Source: Chiloscyllium plagiosum
Taxonomy: Eukaryota
Length of the DNA: 64,000 nt
Assembly (NCBI RefSeq): GCF_004010195.1
Contig: NC_057724.1
Span: 65,730,096 to 65,794,095 of the forward strand
Direction: 5' to 3'
Shown: piece by piece, positions 34,720 to 47,879 of the stretch
Layout: every line of letters starts with the position of its first letter
How positions within the stretch are numbered: the stretch's first letter is position 1
Notes under the pieces: generated by a model
Databases searched by the model: none
What the model saw: the letters and a program-made list of their open reading frames with translations, nothing else
What the model was told of the DNA's origin: nothing
Translations under genes and position numbers: made by a program

Positions 34720-37700
34720 TCCTGTGTGTAAGAATAGTTGTACATCCCCAGAAGCGACTCTGCCAACATGTTTACAAATTCCTTATAGAATGCAGTTGGG
34801 AATCCATCTGATCATTTCAGATTCGATGACTAGAAAGAAGCAGAGGGAGGAGCAGCAACGGATGCTGGAGTCCCGGCTGAAGGTAGATGAGAAAACATTA
34901 TAATAGGCCGTGATTGGTTTAAGCTTCAGTGGGTCACAGCTCTCCGGGCTGCTCTCGACTCAATGCACACACAAGGGGCTTTAAAAAAAAAAGGTCTCCT
35001 TTGCCAAACAAAGACTGGTTGAATTCGGAGATAAGCCTGGTAGATATCTGGCTTGTTTGACTAGGAGAAAAAAAGCTCTCTAATCTGTTATGTTAGGGAG
35101 AAGGCTGGTACGATTACCCGCGAATTGAAGATGATCAGTGTTAGGTTTAGGGAATACTTTGCAGACCTATATTGGTTAGAGGGGGGCGAACACGGTACAA
35201 TGGGAATGCAGTCCTTTTTTGAAAATCTGGACCTCCCCAATATAAGTACGGAGCAGGCTTCCTTTTTGAATGCGCCTTTAACGGTACAGGAAGCAAAAAG
35301 ATATCTCCAGGGTGACAAAGCACCGGGGCCAGATGGATTCCCAACTGCATTCTATAAGGAATTCGTAAACATGTTAGTGGAGCCACTTCCGGGGATGTAC
35401 AAATATTCTTACACACAGGATTGTCTGCTGACTTCTCTCAGGGAGGCTAATATCTCCCTCATTTTAAAGAAAAGGAAGGACCCTGAGGAATATGCTTCAT
35501 ACAAACCAATTTCGCTGCTGAATGTAGATTTTAAAATTTTATCCAAGATGCTGACTGAGGTTGTAGAAGGTCCTGCCCCATATTATAAAAGAAAACCAGA
35601 CAGGTTTTGTTAAGGGTCGTAGCTCCTCCAACAATATTAGGAGAGTACTGAACACAGTACAGGTATGCCGGCAAAGATTGATTCCGGGTTTGGTGGTCTC
35701 CCTTGACGCAGAAAAGATGTTTGATCGGATAGAATGGCTGTATTTATTTGAGGTTCTAGAACGTTTTGGTTTGGGGGGATCCTTTGCCAGATGGGTAGCA
35801 GTACTGTATAATGATCCTCAGGCGGCAATCATTTCAAATGGTATTAAGTCAAATAACTTTAATATTGGAAGAGGTAGTCGACAGGGGTGTCGTTTGTCAC
35901 TGCTGTTATTTACCTTGGCGATTGAACCGTTAGCCAAAGCTATCAGGAGGGATCCTAAAACAGTTGCGACAAAGGTGGGAATGGGAGAGCATAAGATTAC
36001 CCTATATGTTGACGACGTCCTTTCATAATTGGCCAATCCGGATAAGTCTGTTCCTCGATTGATCCAAACAATTAATTCATATGGTGCTTTCTCGGCTACA
36101 GAATTAATTTTACAAAATCGGAAGCCATGCTGGTAGGGGGATTAGTGGAGGTGCTTAATCTGAAGGATGGAATGCAATTCCCGTTTAGATGGTCACCAAA
36201 AGGTTGTTTTATGTTTGGGAATTTTTATTACCGTTTCCTTCCACCAGCTGTATAATATTGGTCTAAATATTGGTCTAATACTTTGTCATTTACCCCATTG
36301 GTGGGAGCCCAAGGATTTAAACCTGGGACAATGGGCTCAGGCTTTAAGGCATAGGAGAATAAGGGAATCTTCTGTATGGGAGACTTACTCAAGAGGCAGG
36401 TCCTGATGTCATTTAGTCAGTTAAGTCAGAAGTATAAATTGTCTAATAGGGACCTTTTCTGATATTTCCAGATAAGGGACTATGATCCAGGAGCGTGGTC
36501 TTCCTCTGTATAATGTTAGAAATTAGACATGGAGAAAAGAATACTCCAATGTATGGGTGCTCTTTCACTCAGTATTTTATATCATTTACATAAGGTCGTG
36601 CACTGGGGGTCATGGAAGGACTCTGTAGGCCATGGAATCGAGAGTTAGGAGAGGATATTTCACCGGAAGTATGAGAAGACATCTGGGGGAATGTAAGGAA
36701 AGTCTCAGTATGTAACAGCGCAGGCCATGCAATTGAAGATCTTACTCGGGGCTCATACGGTGCAGATAGGCTAGCTAAGTTCAAGAGAGGAGTATCATCA
36801 GTGTGTCCCAGATGTAAAATTAGTATAGGCACTCTTACACACTGCTACTGGTCCTGTTATAAGATCCAAAGATACTGGAATTCTATAGTAAGGGAGCTAA
36901 ACGTCGTCCTGGGGATTGAAATTATTGAGGATCTGGTATTTCTTTTGGGGTTGCCCTCTCTGGGAGAACACGGGAAGAGATTGTGTGTAATATTCTTATC
37001 CATTGTGCAAGGAAAAACATTCTAGAGAATTGGATGTCAGAAAAACCACCAGGTCTTATGGGGTGGTGCAGGCTGGTGATGCAGCATCTTCCCCAAGACT
37101 ACCTCACAAATATGGTGCACCACAAAACTGAGCAGTTTTACAAGACATGGTGGCCCTTTTTAACTTATATTGATGCTGACTTATCAGCAATATTAATTAG
37201 GGCCATGGTATAGCTGTGGGAATCAGTATGGGGGTGCCTGTGGGTCCCTGGGAGGAGGAGACTGGAGGTAAAAGAATATAAGTACTGTAGATGGTGCTCC
37301 TGGGGATGGGAGCCTCAGTGGAGGTGTGACGAGTGAGATAGAATAAAGTAGTGAGATATTATTTAAGTTATTTGAAATTAGTTTAAGTTAGTATTTATTT
37401 AATATGTTTGTAGTTTAGTTTAAATTAAGTAGATATGTTTGTTCTGATAGAATAGTCGGTCGTTTCTTTAACAATGGTACTGTGTTATGGCCTTTTTGTA
37501 CTGCCTTTTCTGTTTTGATGGTATTTTTTGTGTATAAATGTTTGTAAAAGATTTTTAAAAGGTTTTCAGTAAAAATACTTATTTTTTAAAAAAAAGCTAA
37601 TCTATCTGCCGGTCAAGGCACTGTTCAAACTGGGAGAAGAGCAGTGCTAGTTCTGCCTGATGGAAGTTGAACAGTAGCTTTAATTAGCTCAACAAAAGTG

Positions 37701-37840
37701 TAAAGGATAACTTCACTCTAGTTTGTGAGCCAAAATATAAATAGGTTTCCTTTATCTTTCCAATATACATCTCCAAAGCAGATTCCTATGTTGCAGAGGT
37801 CAACAACATGTTGATTGCAAAGAGCTGACTTTTTGCCAAT

Positions 37841-38141
37841 GGGCGACACGGTGGCACAGTGGTTAGCACTGCTGCCTCACAATGCCAGAGACCCGGGTTC
37901 AATCCCGCCTCAGGCGACTGACTGTGTGGAGTTTGCACGTTCTCCCCCTGTCTGCGTGGGTTTCCTCCGGGTGCTCCGGTTTCCTCCCACAATCCAAAGA
38001 TGTGCAGGTCATGTGAATTGGCCATGCTAAATTGCCCGTAGTGTTAGGTAAGGGGTAAATGTAGGGGGATATGGGTGGGTTGCGCTTCGGCGGGGCGATG
38101 TGGACTTGAAGGGCCTGTTTCCACACTGTAAGTAATCTAAT
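37841..38141 (+). mobile_element. full-length tRNA-derived HE1-type SINE
   Basis: A box TGGCACAGTGG, B box GGTTCAATCC, LINE-like tail gggcctgtttccacactgtaagtaatctaat. Confidence 0.85.
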
Positions 38142-40234
38142 TATTAAAGTTAGAAAATCATAAATAGATTATAGAATTAGTGATATCAATATCCTGCCAG
38201 GTACTAGCTAACTAGTTTTCCAGAACTAGCCAGCGATGAAAGGAGGGTGGCACGAGAAGCGAGACAAGAAGAAGCAGCCAAATGGGCAAAGGAAGAGTGG
38301 AAATACTAATGACACCAGCGGCTAAAGAGGCTGCCAAGGGAACCAGGAATCCGGAGACTCTCAAGGTAATTCTGATTGACCCAAAGAATAGATGCTGACT
38401 CATCCAATGGACGGGAAGCCAATTCTCTATCAATTTAAATTTTATATTTTTGTAATTCAACTGTAATTACCTTTATCAATTTCTATAGTTTTCTTAATTT
38501 TTTCTGTAAGTTGTAATATTTTTCATCCTTTTGAAAGGTTGGTGACCTCTGCTTTGGACTTATTTGTTAAAAGGAAAGTATAAATGGAAAGGCGTGTACA
38601 ATGAGGAATGTGTAAGACATTGTAATGGATCTGGGAAGGAAAGTATTCCCACAAGGCAGACAGAATAAGAAGTAAATTGACTATTCCTCTGCTTAAACCA
38701 CCTTTTTAAATGTTTGTCATAGCTGATGTCAAAATACATCTCCTTGAATGTATCAGTCTGAGAGGAAAAAAGAATCATGTCTTACGATTGTCAAGAGAAT
38801 GCCAGCAGAGCTTTCAAATCTTTAGTAAATGCTTCAATGTCACTTTCTGATATCGATCATTAAATAATGGGAGCCATGAGCAATTAAACAGTAAACTCCC
38901 TAATGGCATCTGCAATCCCAATAGTACAATCTTTTGTTCTCATTCGTATGCAATAGTCACCATTGCTAGTGCAAATACTGCTTGGGGACAAGGTTTAATT
39001 TAATCACTAATTAACCTTTTCATTAGATAATAGACAGTTGAATCTAAACAGGTCAAGGAGCGGGCCATGGAGGGGGTCATCTCTAGTGACTGCCTGCCCC
39101 TCTTCTGTTAACTTCAAGCTTGGGTTTTATTGGAGAGGGAGCATGTAACGTCCACCAATGCTCTTTGCCATTAGGAAGAGATGGCTATGTGGGGGATGGA
39201 GTGCTTTTAGTTTAGTTCCTGCCTTCACTCCCTACCTACCCCTTCCCCCTTCACTTTTTTCAAGTATGCATTGCCCTTATTAGACTTTGCTTGTTAATGT
39301 TTCACGAGCCTCATGGGTGCTTTCCTGTTAATGGAAAAATATATAATAAAGCTTTAGCACAAATAAAAGCCAGTTAAGCTGTGGAATTAGTAAACTGCTG
39401 GTGTTTGTTGGCCTTTTTCCCAATGTGCATGATTACTAAAAGAAGAGCAGAAGGGTACAAAGATGTGTTGAAAATTGTTTAATATATTTATGTTAGACAT
39501 GAGTTGAATTTGTAGTGTACTACAATGGCTTCTGATCCACTGATAACCTTTTTTTAATCTTCATGTTCAAACCTTCCACGGCAGTTTCACCCACAGTTCT
39601 GCACCCAAACTCAATTTCTGTCACATCTTTCATCCCTACAATTCTTTGATATCTGCATTCATACACCTTTTGGCTTTTTGTGCATTTGTATCCTTACGTC
39701 CCATCTCTGGTGGCTTTTCCTTCAATGGACTTAAAACTAAGTTCCTGTGAAGTACCTTGAAATTTTTATTACATAAATGTGCTACGTTGTTATATTGGGA
39801 AGTGGACTGAGCCAAGGGTGGTAGCCCAGAAAGCACCAATGGAAAAGCATAGAATTGACAGAATCACATTTTATTTAATTTTTTTTTTAAACATGTGGTT
39901 GTTTTAGAATGTGACTATCTATGGCTCCATAGCTGTCAAATCTCTGTCCAAATCCTTTCCTTTTTCTTATGTCACTGCATTGCTATCATACCTCTCTTTT
40001 TTAAGCAATAGACCCTAACCGCTGCAATTTCTTTCTTTACAAACTTTCTTGCTTTCAAGATGATTCTTAAAATGTCTTTTACCAAGTTTTGTTTTATTCA
40101 CCTGGCCTCGTGCATAGCCTAGTATTGTGCTGTTTGATTACTCCTGTGAAGTGCCTTTCAGATGTCATCCTACTGGTGACAAACAGACCGAAAGGTTATG
40201 TAGAAATCCTGTTCTCGTATCATTTCATTCTTTA

Positions 40235-42090
40235 CTTTGTTGAACATCAAACAATCACACAAAGAAATTGAGGGTTTGGTTAAGAAAAAGGAAGTATATG
40301 TAAGGTATAGACAGGATAGATCGAGTGAATCCTAAGAAGAGTATAAAGGTAGGAGGAGTATACTGAAGAGGGAAATCAGGGAGGCAGAAAAGGGACATGA
40401 GAGAGTTTTGGCAAATAGAATTAAGGAGAATCCAAAGGGTTTTTACAAACCCATTAAGGACAAAAGGGTAACTAGGGAGAGAATAGGGCCCCTCAAAGAT
40501 CAGCAAGGCGGCCTTTGTATGTAGCTGCAGAAAATGGGGGAGATACTAAATGAATATTTTGCATCAGTATTCGCTGTGGAAAAGGATATGGAAGATATCT
40601 GTAGGGAAATAGATGGTGACATCTTGCAAAATGTCCATATTAAAGAAGAGGAAGTGCTGGATGTCTTGAAATGCATAAAGGTGGATAAATCCCCATGACC
40701 TGATCAGGTGTATCCTAGAACTCTATGGGAAGCTAGAGAAATGTTTGCTGGGCCTCTTGCTGAGATATTTGTATCATCGATAGTCACAGGTGAGGTGCCG
40801 GAAGACTGGAGGTTGGCAAACGTGGTGCCACTGTTTAAGAAGGGCGGTAAAGACANNNNNNNNNNNNNNNNNNNNNNNNNNNNNNNNNNNNNNNNNNNNN
40901 NNNNNNNNNNNNNNNNNNNNNNNNNNNNNNNNNNNNNNNNNNNNNNNNNNNNNNNNNNNNNNNNNNNNNNNNNNNNNNNNNNNNNNNNNNNNNNNNNNNN
41001 NNNNNNNNNNNNNNNNNNNNNNNNNNNNNNNNNNNNNNNNNNNNNNNNNNNNNNNNNNNNNNNNNNNNNNNNNNNNNNNNNNNNNNNNNNNNNNNNNNNN
41101 NNNNNNNNNNNNNNNNNNNNNNNNNNNNNNNNNNNNNNNNNNNNNNNNNNNNNNNNNNNNNNNNNNNNNNNNNNNNNNNNNNNNNNNNNNNNNNNNNNNN
41201 NNNNNNNNNNNNNNNNNNNNNNNNNNNNNNNNNNNNNNNNNNNNNNNNNNNNNNNNNNNNNNNNNNNNNNNNNNNNNNNNNNNNNNNNNNNNNNNNNNNN
41301 NNNNNNNNNNNNNNNNNNNNNNNNNNNNNNNNNNNNNNNNNNNNNNNNNNNNNNNNNNNNNNNNNNNNNNNNNNNNNNNNNNNNNNNNNNNNNNNNNNNN
41401 NNNNNNNNCCTTGAAAGTGGAGTCGCAGGTAGATAGGATAGTGAAGAAGGTGTTTGGTATGCTTTCCTTTATTGGTCAGAGTATTGAGTACAGGAGTTGG
41501 GAGGTCATGTTGTGGCTATATAGGATATTGGTTAGGCCACTGTTGGAATATTGTGTGAAATTCTGGTCTCCTTCCAATCGGAAAGATGTTGTGAAACTTG
41601 TAATTCTTTTCTGAAACCCTTTCAAGGATGTTGCCAGGGTTGGAGGATTTGAGCTATCGGGAGAGGCTGAACAGGTTGAGGCTGTTTTCCCTGGAGCGTC
41701 GGAGGTTGAGGGATGACCATATAAAGGTTTACAAAATCATGAAGGGCATGGATAGGACAAACAGAGAAAGTCTTTTCCCTGGGGTGGGGGAGTCCAGAAC
41801 TAGACGGCATAGGTTTAGGGTGAGAGTGGAAAGATATAAAAGAGACCTAAGGGGAAATTTTTTCACGCAGAGGGTGGTACATGTATGGAATGAGCTGCCA
41901 GAGGATGTGGTGGAGGCTGGTACAATTGCAACATTTAAGAGGCTTTTGGATGGGTATACGAATAGGAAGGGTTTGGAGGGATATGGGCCGGGTGCTGGCA
42001 GGTGGGACGAGATTGGGTTGGGATAGCTGATCGCCATGGATGGGTTGGACTGAAGGGTCTGTTTCCATGCTTTACATCTCTGACTCTATG
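40235..42090 (+). mobile_element. CR1/HER1-type LINE, 3' ~1.9 kb (gap 40856-41408)
   Basis: YPRTLWEARE..GEVPEDWRLANVVPLFKKG; LVRPLLEYCVKFWSP; C-terminus and tail. Confidence 0.9.
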
Positions 42091-42091
42091 G

Positions 42092-44075
42092 CCAGGTTAT
42101 GGTCCAATAGGTTTATTTGGAAGCATTAGCTTTCGAAGCACTGCTCTTTCATCAGGTGGTTGTGGAGTATAAGATCATGAGACATAGAATTTATTGCAAA
42201 GGTTTGCAGTGTGATGCAACTGAAATGATATATTGAAAAAGACCTGGATTGTTTGTTCAGTCTCTCATTTTTTTAGAATGATAATGTTGGTTTCATTCTT
42301 TCATATGTAAATCCCAGAACTATTTTTAAAGTTACATTCTGGAGAACTTTATCTGAGATGACATGGCACCTATTGTTAATGTATTGAAGGTGTGAGATTA
42401 AAGTCTGTCTGTCTGTGCCCCAGTGTTCAGACTGATTCTATTTCTAATAAAGAGATTTACAGAATCTTACTTGGATTCATGCACCTTTTGAGCAAAATAA
42501 AATGTAATTCTGCAAGTACAAAGTTACTGCACAAATTTGTATCTGTGTGCATGTGTATGTGTGTGAGTGTAAAGGGTTATAAGTCTGTGATAGGGAGTGT
42601 GTATATGTAAGCGTATGCGAGAGAGCTTGTGTATGAGAGTTCTGTGTGAGTGTATTGGTCTGTAGGAGTGTGTGTGTGTGTGTGTGTGTGTGTATAATGC
42701 AGTGGGGTCACCTCTAGTGTGACATTAACCCAAGGTCTCAGATGAACGGGATACAATGCTCAACTTATCGACTGCTAGTTCCGATGTGCCACCGCTAGAA
42801 ACTGTAATGAGCTGCAAACAACAGGTATCCTTCGTTGTCCAGTACTTCCCAGGAGCCAAAAAACTACGTCATGTTCTTTGCAACCTGCAACACATTATCA
42901 GTGAGGATGAGTACCTAACTAAGACCTTCCCACATCTCCACTTCTCACCTTTTAAACAGCCATCAAACCTCATATGATCATTGTCTGCAGCAAACTGCCT
43001 GGCTTTCCGGACACCATACAACCCTGTCACAGCAGCCACTGCAAAGCGTGTCACTGTTGACACGGATACCACCATTACATGTGGAAACACCACCCACCAT
43101 ATACGTGGCAGGTAATCATGTGACACGGCCAACATTGTCTATCTCTTGCATTGCAGGCAAGGATGCCCTGAGGCATGATACATTGGTGAAGCCGAGCAGA
43201 GGCTACACCAACAGATAAGTTGACACTGCGCAACAATCACCAGCCAGGAGTGTTCCCTCCCAGTCAGGGAACACTTCAGCAGTCTGGGACATTCAGCCTC
43301 GGATCTTCGGGTGACCATCCTCCAAGGTGAACTTCAGGACAAGCAACACCACAGAATGGCCGAGTAGAGGCTGATAGCTAACTTTGGTATCCATGAGGAT
43401 GGCCTCAACTGGGACCTGAGGTTCATGTCACACTACAAGTGACCCACTGCACTATATACAGACAGACAGACAGACAGACATAGATGCACAGAAACCCACA
43501 CAAACAAACACACATGCATATATATTCTCTTTCTCATATGCTGACACTACACCCCTCCACACACAAACGTACCCTCTAATAGACTTTTATTCCTTTACAC
43601 TTTCACACATATACATGTACACACACACACACACCCACCCTGTGCACACACACACATAGGTTTGCAGGGTGAATTTGTACTTGCAGAATTATGTTATATT
43701 TTGCTCAAAAACTGCATGAGTCCATGTAAGATTCTGTAAATCCATTTTTTAGAAATCCGTCTGAACGTTGGGGCACAGACAGAATTTAACCTCACACCTT
43801 CAATGCATTATCTGAGGCGACGTGGGACTTATTGTTAAAGTTCACTTGAGAATGTAACTTTAAAAAATTAGTTCTGGGATTTACATACGGAAGAACTGAA
43901 ACACACATGGTCATTCTAAAAGATAACAGACTTAACAAACAATCCAGGTATTTTTCAATATATCATTTCAGTTGCATCACACTGTAAACTTTTGCTATGA
44001 ATTCTATGTCTTACGATCTTATACTGCACAACCACCTGATGAAGGAGCAGTGCTCCGAAAGGTAGTAGTTCCACC
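42092..44075 (+). mobile_element. third-family Penelope-like element: GIY-YIG remnant (about 42760-43440) between about 650-bp inverted arms
   Basis: Degenerate ..YLLHCRQGCPEA*YIGE.. core; 42117-42745 is the diverged reverse complement of about 43405-44075, including (GT)n/(CA)n tracts and a hammerhead-like motif at each outer end. Confidence 0.82.
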
Positions 44076-44597
44076 GGCACCTCTGAGTCATTCTTCTCTT
44101 TGGCTTTTCATTTAGATAGCGAGCCCACATTTCCTCTGGTGGAGAGCAGTTGATCTTTGGGCTTCCTGAGTCTTTTGTTTAAATATGTCCAAAAACTTGC
44201 TGATTTTTCTTTTCTACGTGTGGCTGTTCTTGCATTGTGTTTTCCACTTTAAATGCCACTGCCTTTTTAAAAGTTTAATTTGTTTGCAATTTCTCCTTCA
44301 ATGTAACCATTCCAGGCTTGTATGTGTGTGAATACTTATTCAAAAAAGCTTAGACAAATACTTAAATCAGTATTTCCACAAAACTTATCTGGTCAAAGTT
44401 GCTCTAATTCTTAAGCCATTTAGAAGTGACAGACTTAAAGATGAAGACATGTCCCATTGTTAATACTGTTTCACTTTGCCAATCTATTTGCTTTGCAAGT
44501 CTGCCTTTAATATACCCCCAACAGTTATCTCACTTCAGCTGCATTCTTTAGGACTAATTCAATGATACAGTGCGTGCTGGAAGCTCACTCTCATTGT

Positions 44598-44690
44598 TCA
44601 AAGTTAAAAATCACACAACACCAGGTTATAGTCCAATAGGTTTAATTGGAAGCACTAGCTTTCGGAGCGCCACTCCTTCATCAGGTGGTT
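44598..44690 (-). mobile_element. family-3 PLE terminal monomer with intact hammerhead motif (44653-44687)
   Basis: Minus: CAC-CTGATGA-a-GGAG tggcg CTCC-GAAAG-CTA-GTG. Confidence 0.75.
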
Positions 44691-45787
44691 TTTCATCAGA
44701 TCATTGTTCAGTTGGCCTGAGTGCAGGGATTGCAAGATTCCAAGATCAGTAAAAGGGGAAAGGTTTTTAAGTTTTTTGGAAGCCTCACAAAAAAATGAGT
44801 TCTAATGTTATACAATCTGGTGCAAATTGATCCTCTACCAAATTCTACAATCTGTTCCACCTGCCTATTCCTTCAGTACTACTTGCCAATGAAAACCAGG
44901 TGCTCTCCCCTAGGTCCATGTTTCACATTCCACATGCGTACTGGTTGCACGAGGTTACACTTTTTTTTAAGGTACTTTTCTGGTTGCAATTCAGCCCCAT
45001 GCTCCAAATCTTTGGCCACTCAGTGTTAGTGGGGGGAAAAGGGGTGGTAGGAGCATAACCCTGTAGTCATTAACAGGTTAAGGGAGTGGGCCATGGCAGG
45101 GATTATTAGACTAACTGTCTGCCTCTCCCCCATGGTCAGGTTCATAATGAATGACCTGGAGAGGGAGCACATGGTGTCCACTGTATACTTGGGACCCTCT
45201 GTGTCTGATGGGCTGAGGAGTGCACCATCATCAACTGAAATAATATTTTGATTTAAATTTGTTTCCTCAGGAATTCAGTTTTTATTACAATGCCTTGTTA
45301 AGGACTAGTTTAAGTTAATTAGTTATTTAGTTATTCAATCACAAGTATGAACAAGTCACGACTGGGATTTTCTGTTTTAGCCTTTTGGAATTTTAGGTTT
45401 GAAGCATGTATTTGAGTTTTTACCTAGTTTTTAATGGTTGATTTATTCAGCATTTTTGGATAGTTGGTTCCTGTATTAGTTACTGCTGTTGGACACCTGT
45501 TTTATTGCATGACTAGAATGTTGTTGCATAATCCTCTCAATCTACGCAGCTGGGATTTCAGTATAGCAAGCTAATTTTCAGCATTGTGATTGCTTCTGAC
45601 ATTGTGGTGGGAATTCTAGACGTGAGAGGTTTTTTAAAAAAAAAGGAAGCAAGAAAGCCAGCTGTGGTTGAGACGAATCTCAAATAGTAATTCTTTTCGT
45701 CAAAACTAGGAAAACGTTACACCGCAGAAAGAGGCTATTCAGCCCTTTGTGTCTACACTATTATTCACTCTTGATAGAGATGAGCTA

Positions 45788-46720
45788 GGATTTGTAGCTC
45801 GGGTACCGGTTGTTGTAGTTGTAAGTATGTTCGCAGAGCTGGGAAGTTAATCTGCAGAATGGTGAATGTACCACAAAAGTGTACAGGAAAGCCACACACA
45901 CCGACCAGGTCCTGAACTACAACAGCAACTCCGCCACCCAAACACACACCAGAGAAGCTGCATTAGGACCCTGTTCAAAAGAGCTACAACACACTGCAGC
46001 ACTCCAGACCTACGAAGGGAAGAAAAAGAACACCCCTATAGAATATTTGCCTGCAACTTCATCTGCAGATGCCTAATAGACAAACAACGCAATGAGGGCA
46101 TGCCATAACCTAACTCACGATCCACGCTACCTTACATAAAAATGTCCCTGAACTGACAGGCAGACTTCTCCGACCACTGGGATTCATGACAGCCCATAAA
46201 CCGACAGCCACGCTCAGACAACAACTCACCAAAGCAAAAGACCCTATACCAATCATCTGCAAGGCAAACCTAATTTATAGGATTCCTAGCAAAGATTGCA
46301 GCAAACACTATATAGGGGAAATAGGCAGACAACTAGCAATCCGCATCCACTAACACCAACTGGCCACTAAACGCCACAAGCAGCTGTCCCTCGTAGCCAC
46401 ACACACACATGACAAGGACCACAAATTCGACTGGGACAACACAATGATCATTGGACTCACCAAACAGAGGACAGCCAGAGAATTTCTAGAAGCATAGCAT
46501 TCATCCATGGACTCCATCAACAAACACATAGACCTAAACCCAATATACCCGCCACTACAATGAACGAGTGGAAGCAGCAAAAACAGAACTAAATAAATTC
46601 CAGAAGACACAGTACAGCAATGCTTCACAAGAGGCTCCAAAGCACTGAAGATGTTACCCAGACAGGGGAGGAAACGTCTGCAAATCAAATTCCCAGCTCG
46701 ACAAACATACCCACAAGCAC
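45788..46720 (+). mobile_element. second-family Penelope-like 3' fragment with short inverted ends
   Basis: YRKATHTDQVLNYNS, ..CSKHYIGEIGRQLAIRIH; left end gatttgtagctcggg..gctgggaagtt mirrors right end aattcccagctcg..acaagc; degenerate hammerhead near 46642-46682. Confidence 0.8.
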
Positions 46721-47879
46721 AATAGATGACCTTCCAAAACAAGGTAATTTCTTATTTCTCCTTAGTTCGCTTTAAAGAGATGTTGGTGGACCTCTCAGTT
46801 TGACTGCTACAGTCGATGTGGTGAAGGTATTCCCACAGTTGTGTTGGGAAGTATGTGCTTCTAATTTTGACCCAGCAATAATGATGGAACAATGCTGTCA
46901 ATCCAAATGAGATGGTCAGTATGGCATGGCATACACTCCTGCCCTCTTCATTGATTCCCCTGGCTTGATGTCAATGGCAGAGTGGGAGATATGCAGGGTC
47001 ATTGCTACTAATGGCCCACCAATCCTCATGGATGCCAGTTTTGAGTTGCTAGAACTGTTTGAAGTCTATCCCATTTAGCATAGTGATAATGTCACACAAT
47101 GTAATGGAGGATTTTAGCAATATGAAAACTGACTTTGTCTGCACAAGGACTGTGGGGTGGCCACTCTTAATGATACTGTCATAGATAGATGCAAGTGCAA
47201 GCTTGGTGATGATGAGGTCAAGTATGTTTTTTCCTCCTTGGTTTGCTCACTACCTGCCTCAGACCGGGTCTAGCAACAAAGGCCTTTAGAACTCAACCAG
47301 TGTTCTGCACCCTTGCTACCCTCCGTGCTTCCTCCAACTGTTGTTCAAAAAGGAGGTACATCGGTTCATTAGCTGAGGGAAGATGGAACATGGTATTCAG
47401 CCTATGGTTTCTTTGCCATTGAGAGGGAATGTCATTGCGACACACATACCAGAGTGGTAGGAGCCAAATTCCATTTTTAAAAAGGTTGTGATTGATACCA
47501 CTGATGCAAGTAGATGGGCATCCAATAACAAACCCTAATTCAGAGCGGTTCTTCGTTAGCATCAAGCTGATATTACAGCTGCACTGTAAACAAGTTATTG
47601 AAAACTCTGTTTAGATTTACTGCTTTTCTTTTACAACAACTATAAATTTGTGAACAATTTTGTACTTAATAGTGACCAGCAGCAACATATATTGTGCAGA
47701 ATGGCTGAATATTAATTTAGTAATGGTCAGTGTTATCTATCTTTTCATATTACAATTTTCTCCCTTGCTATCCTAAAGCTCTGAATTCTTGTGGTTCCAA
47801 TTTTCATTATGTTTTTACTCTTCTTTTGAACACTCATCCCAAAAGAGCAGGTGGAAGTAGAGTTCATTGAATTTGTCAT

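Larger units (their letters stand above)
31883..37591 (+). mobile_element. full-length decayed L1-clade LINE (5'UTR, ORF1 remnant, APE-RT-CCHC ORF2 pseudogene, A tail)
   Basis: Starts GGGGGAGATCCAAGATGGCGG; APE motifs TWNIKG, LQETH; KAPGPDGF, YKPISLLNVDFKI, SLDAEK, RGSRQGC, LYVDD; CPRC..HCYWSC; TSD aaaag[g/c]taatct at 31871-31882 and 37592-37603 at a tt|aaaa site; many frameshifts and stops. Confidence 0.93.

Noticed and set aside
37841-37915. tRNA gene
   Set aside because: The A/B boxes continue into a SINE body and LINE-like tail; it is a SINE head.
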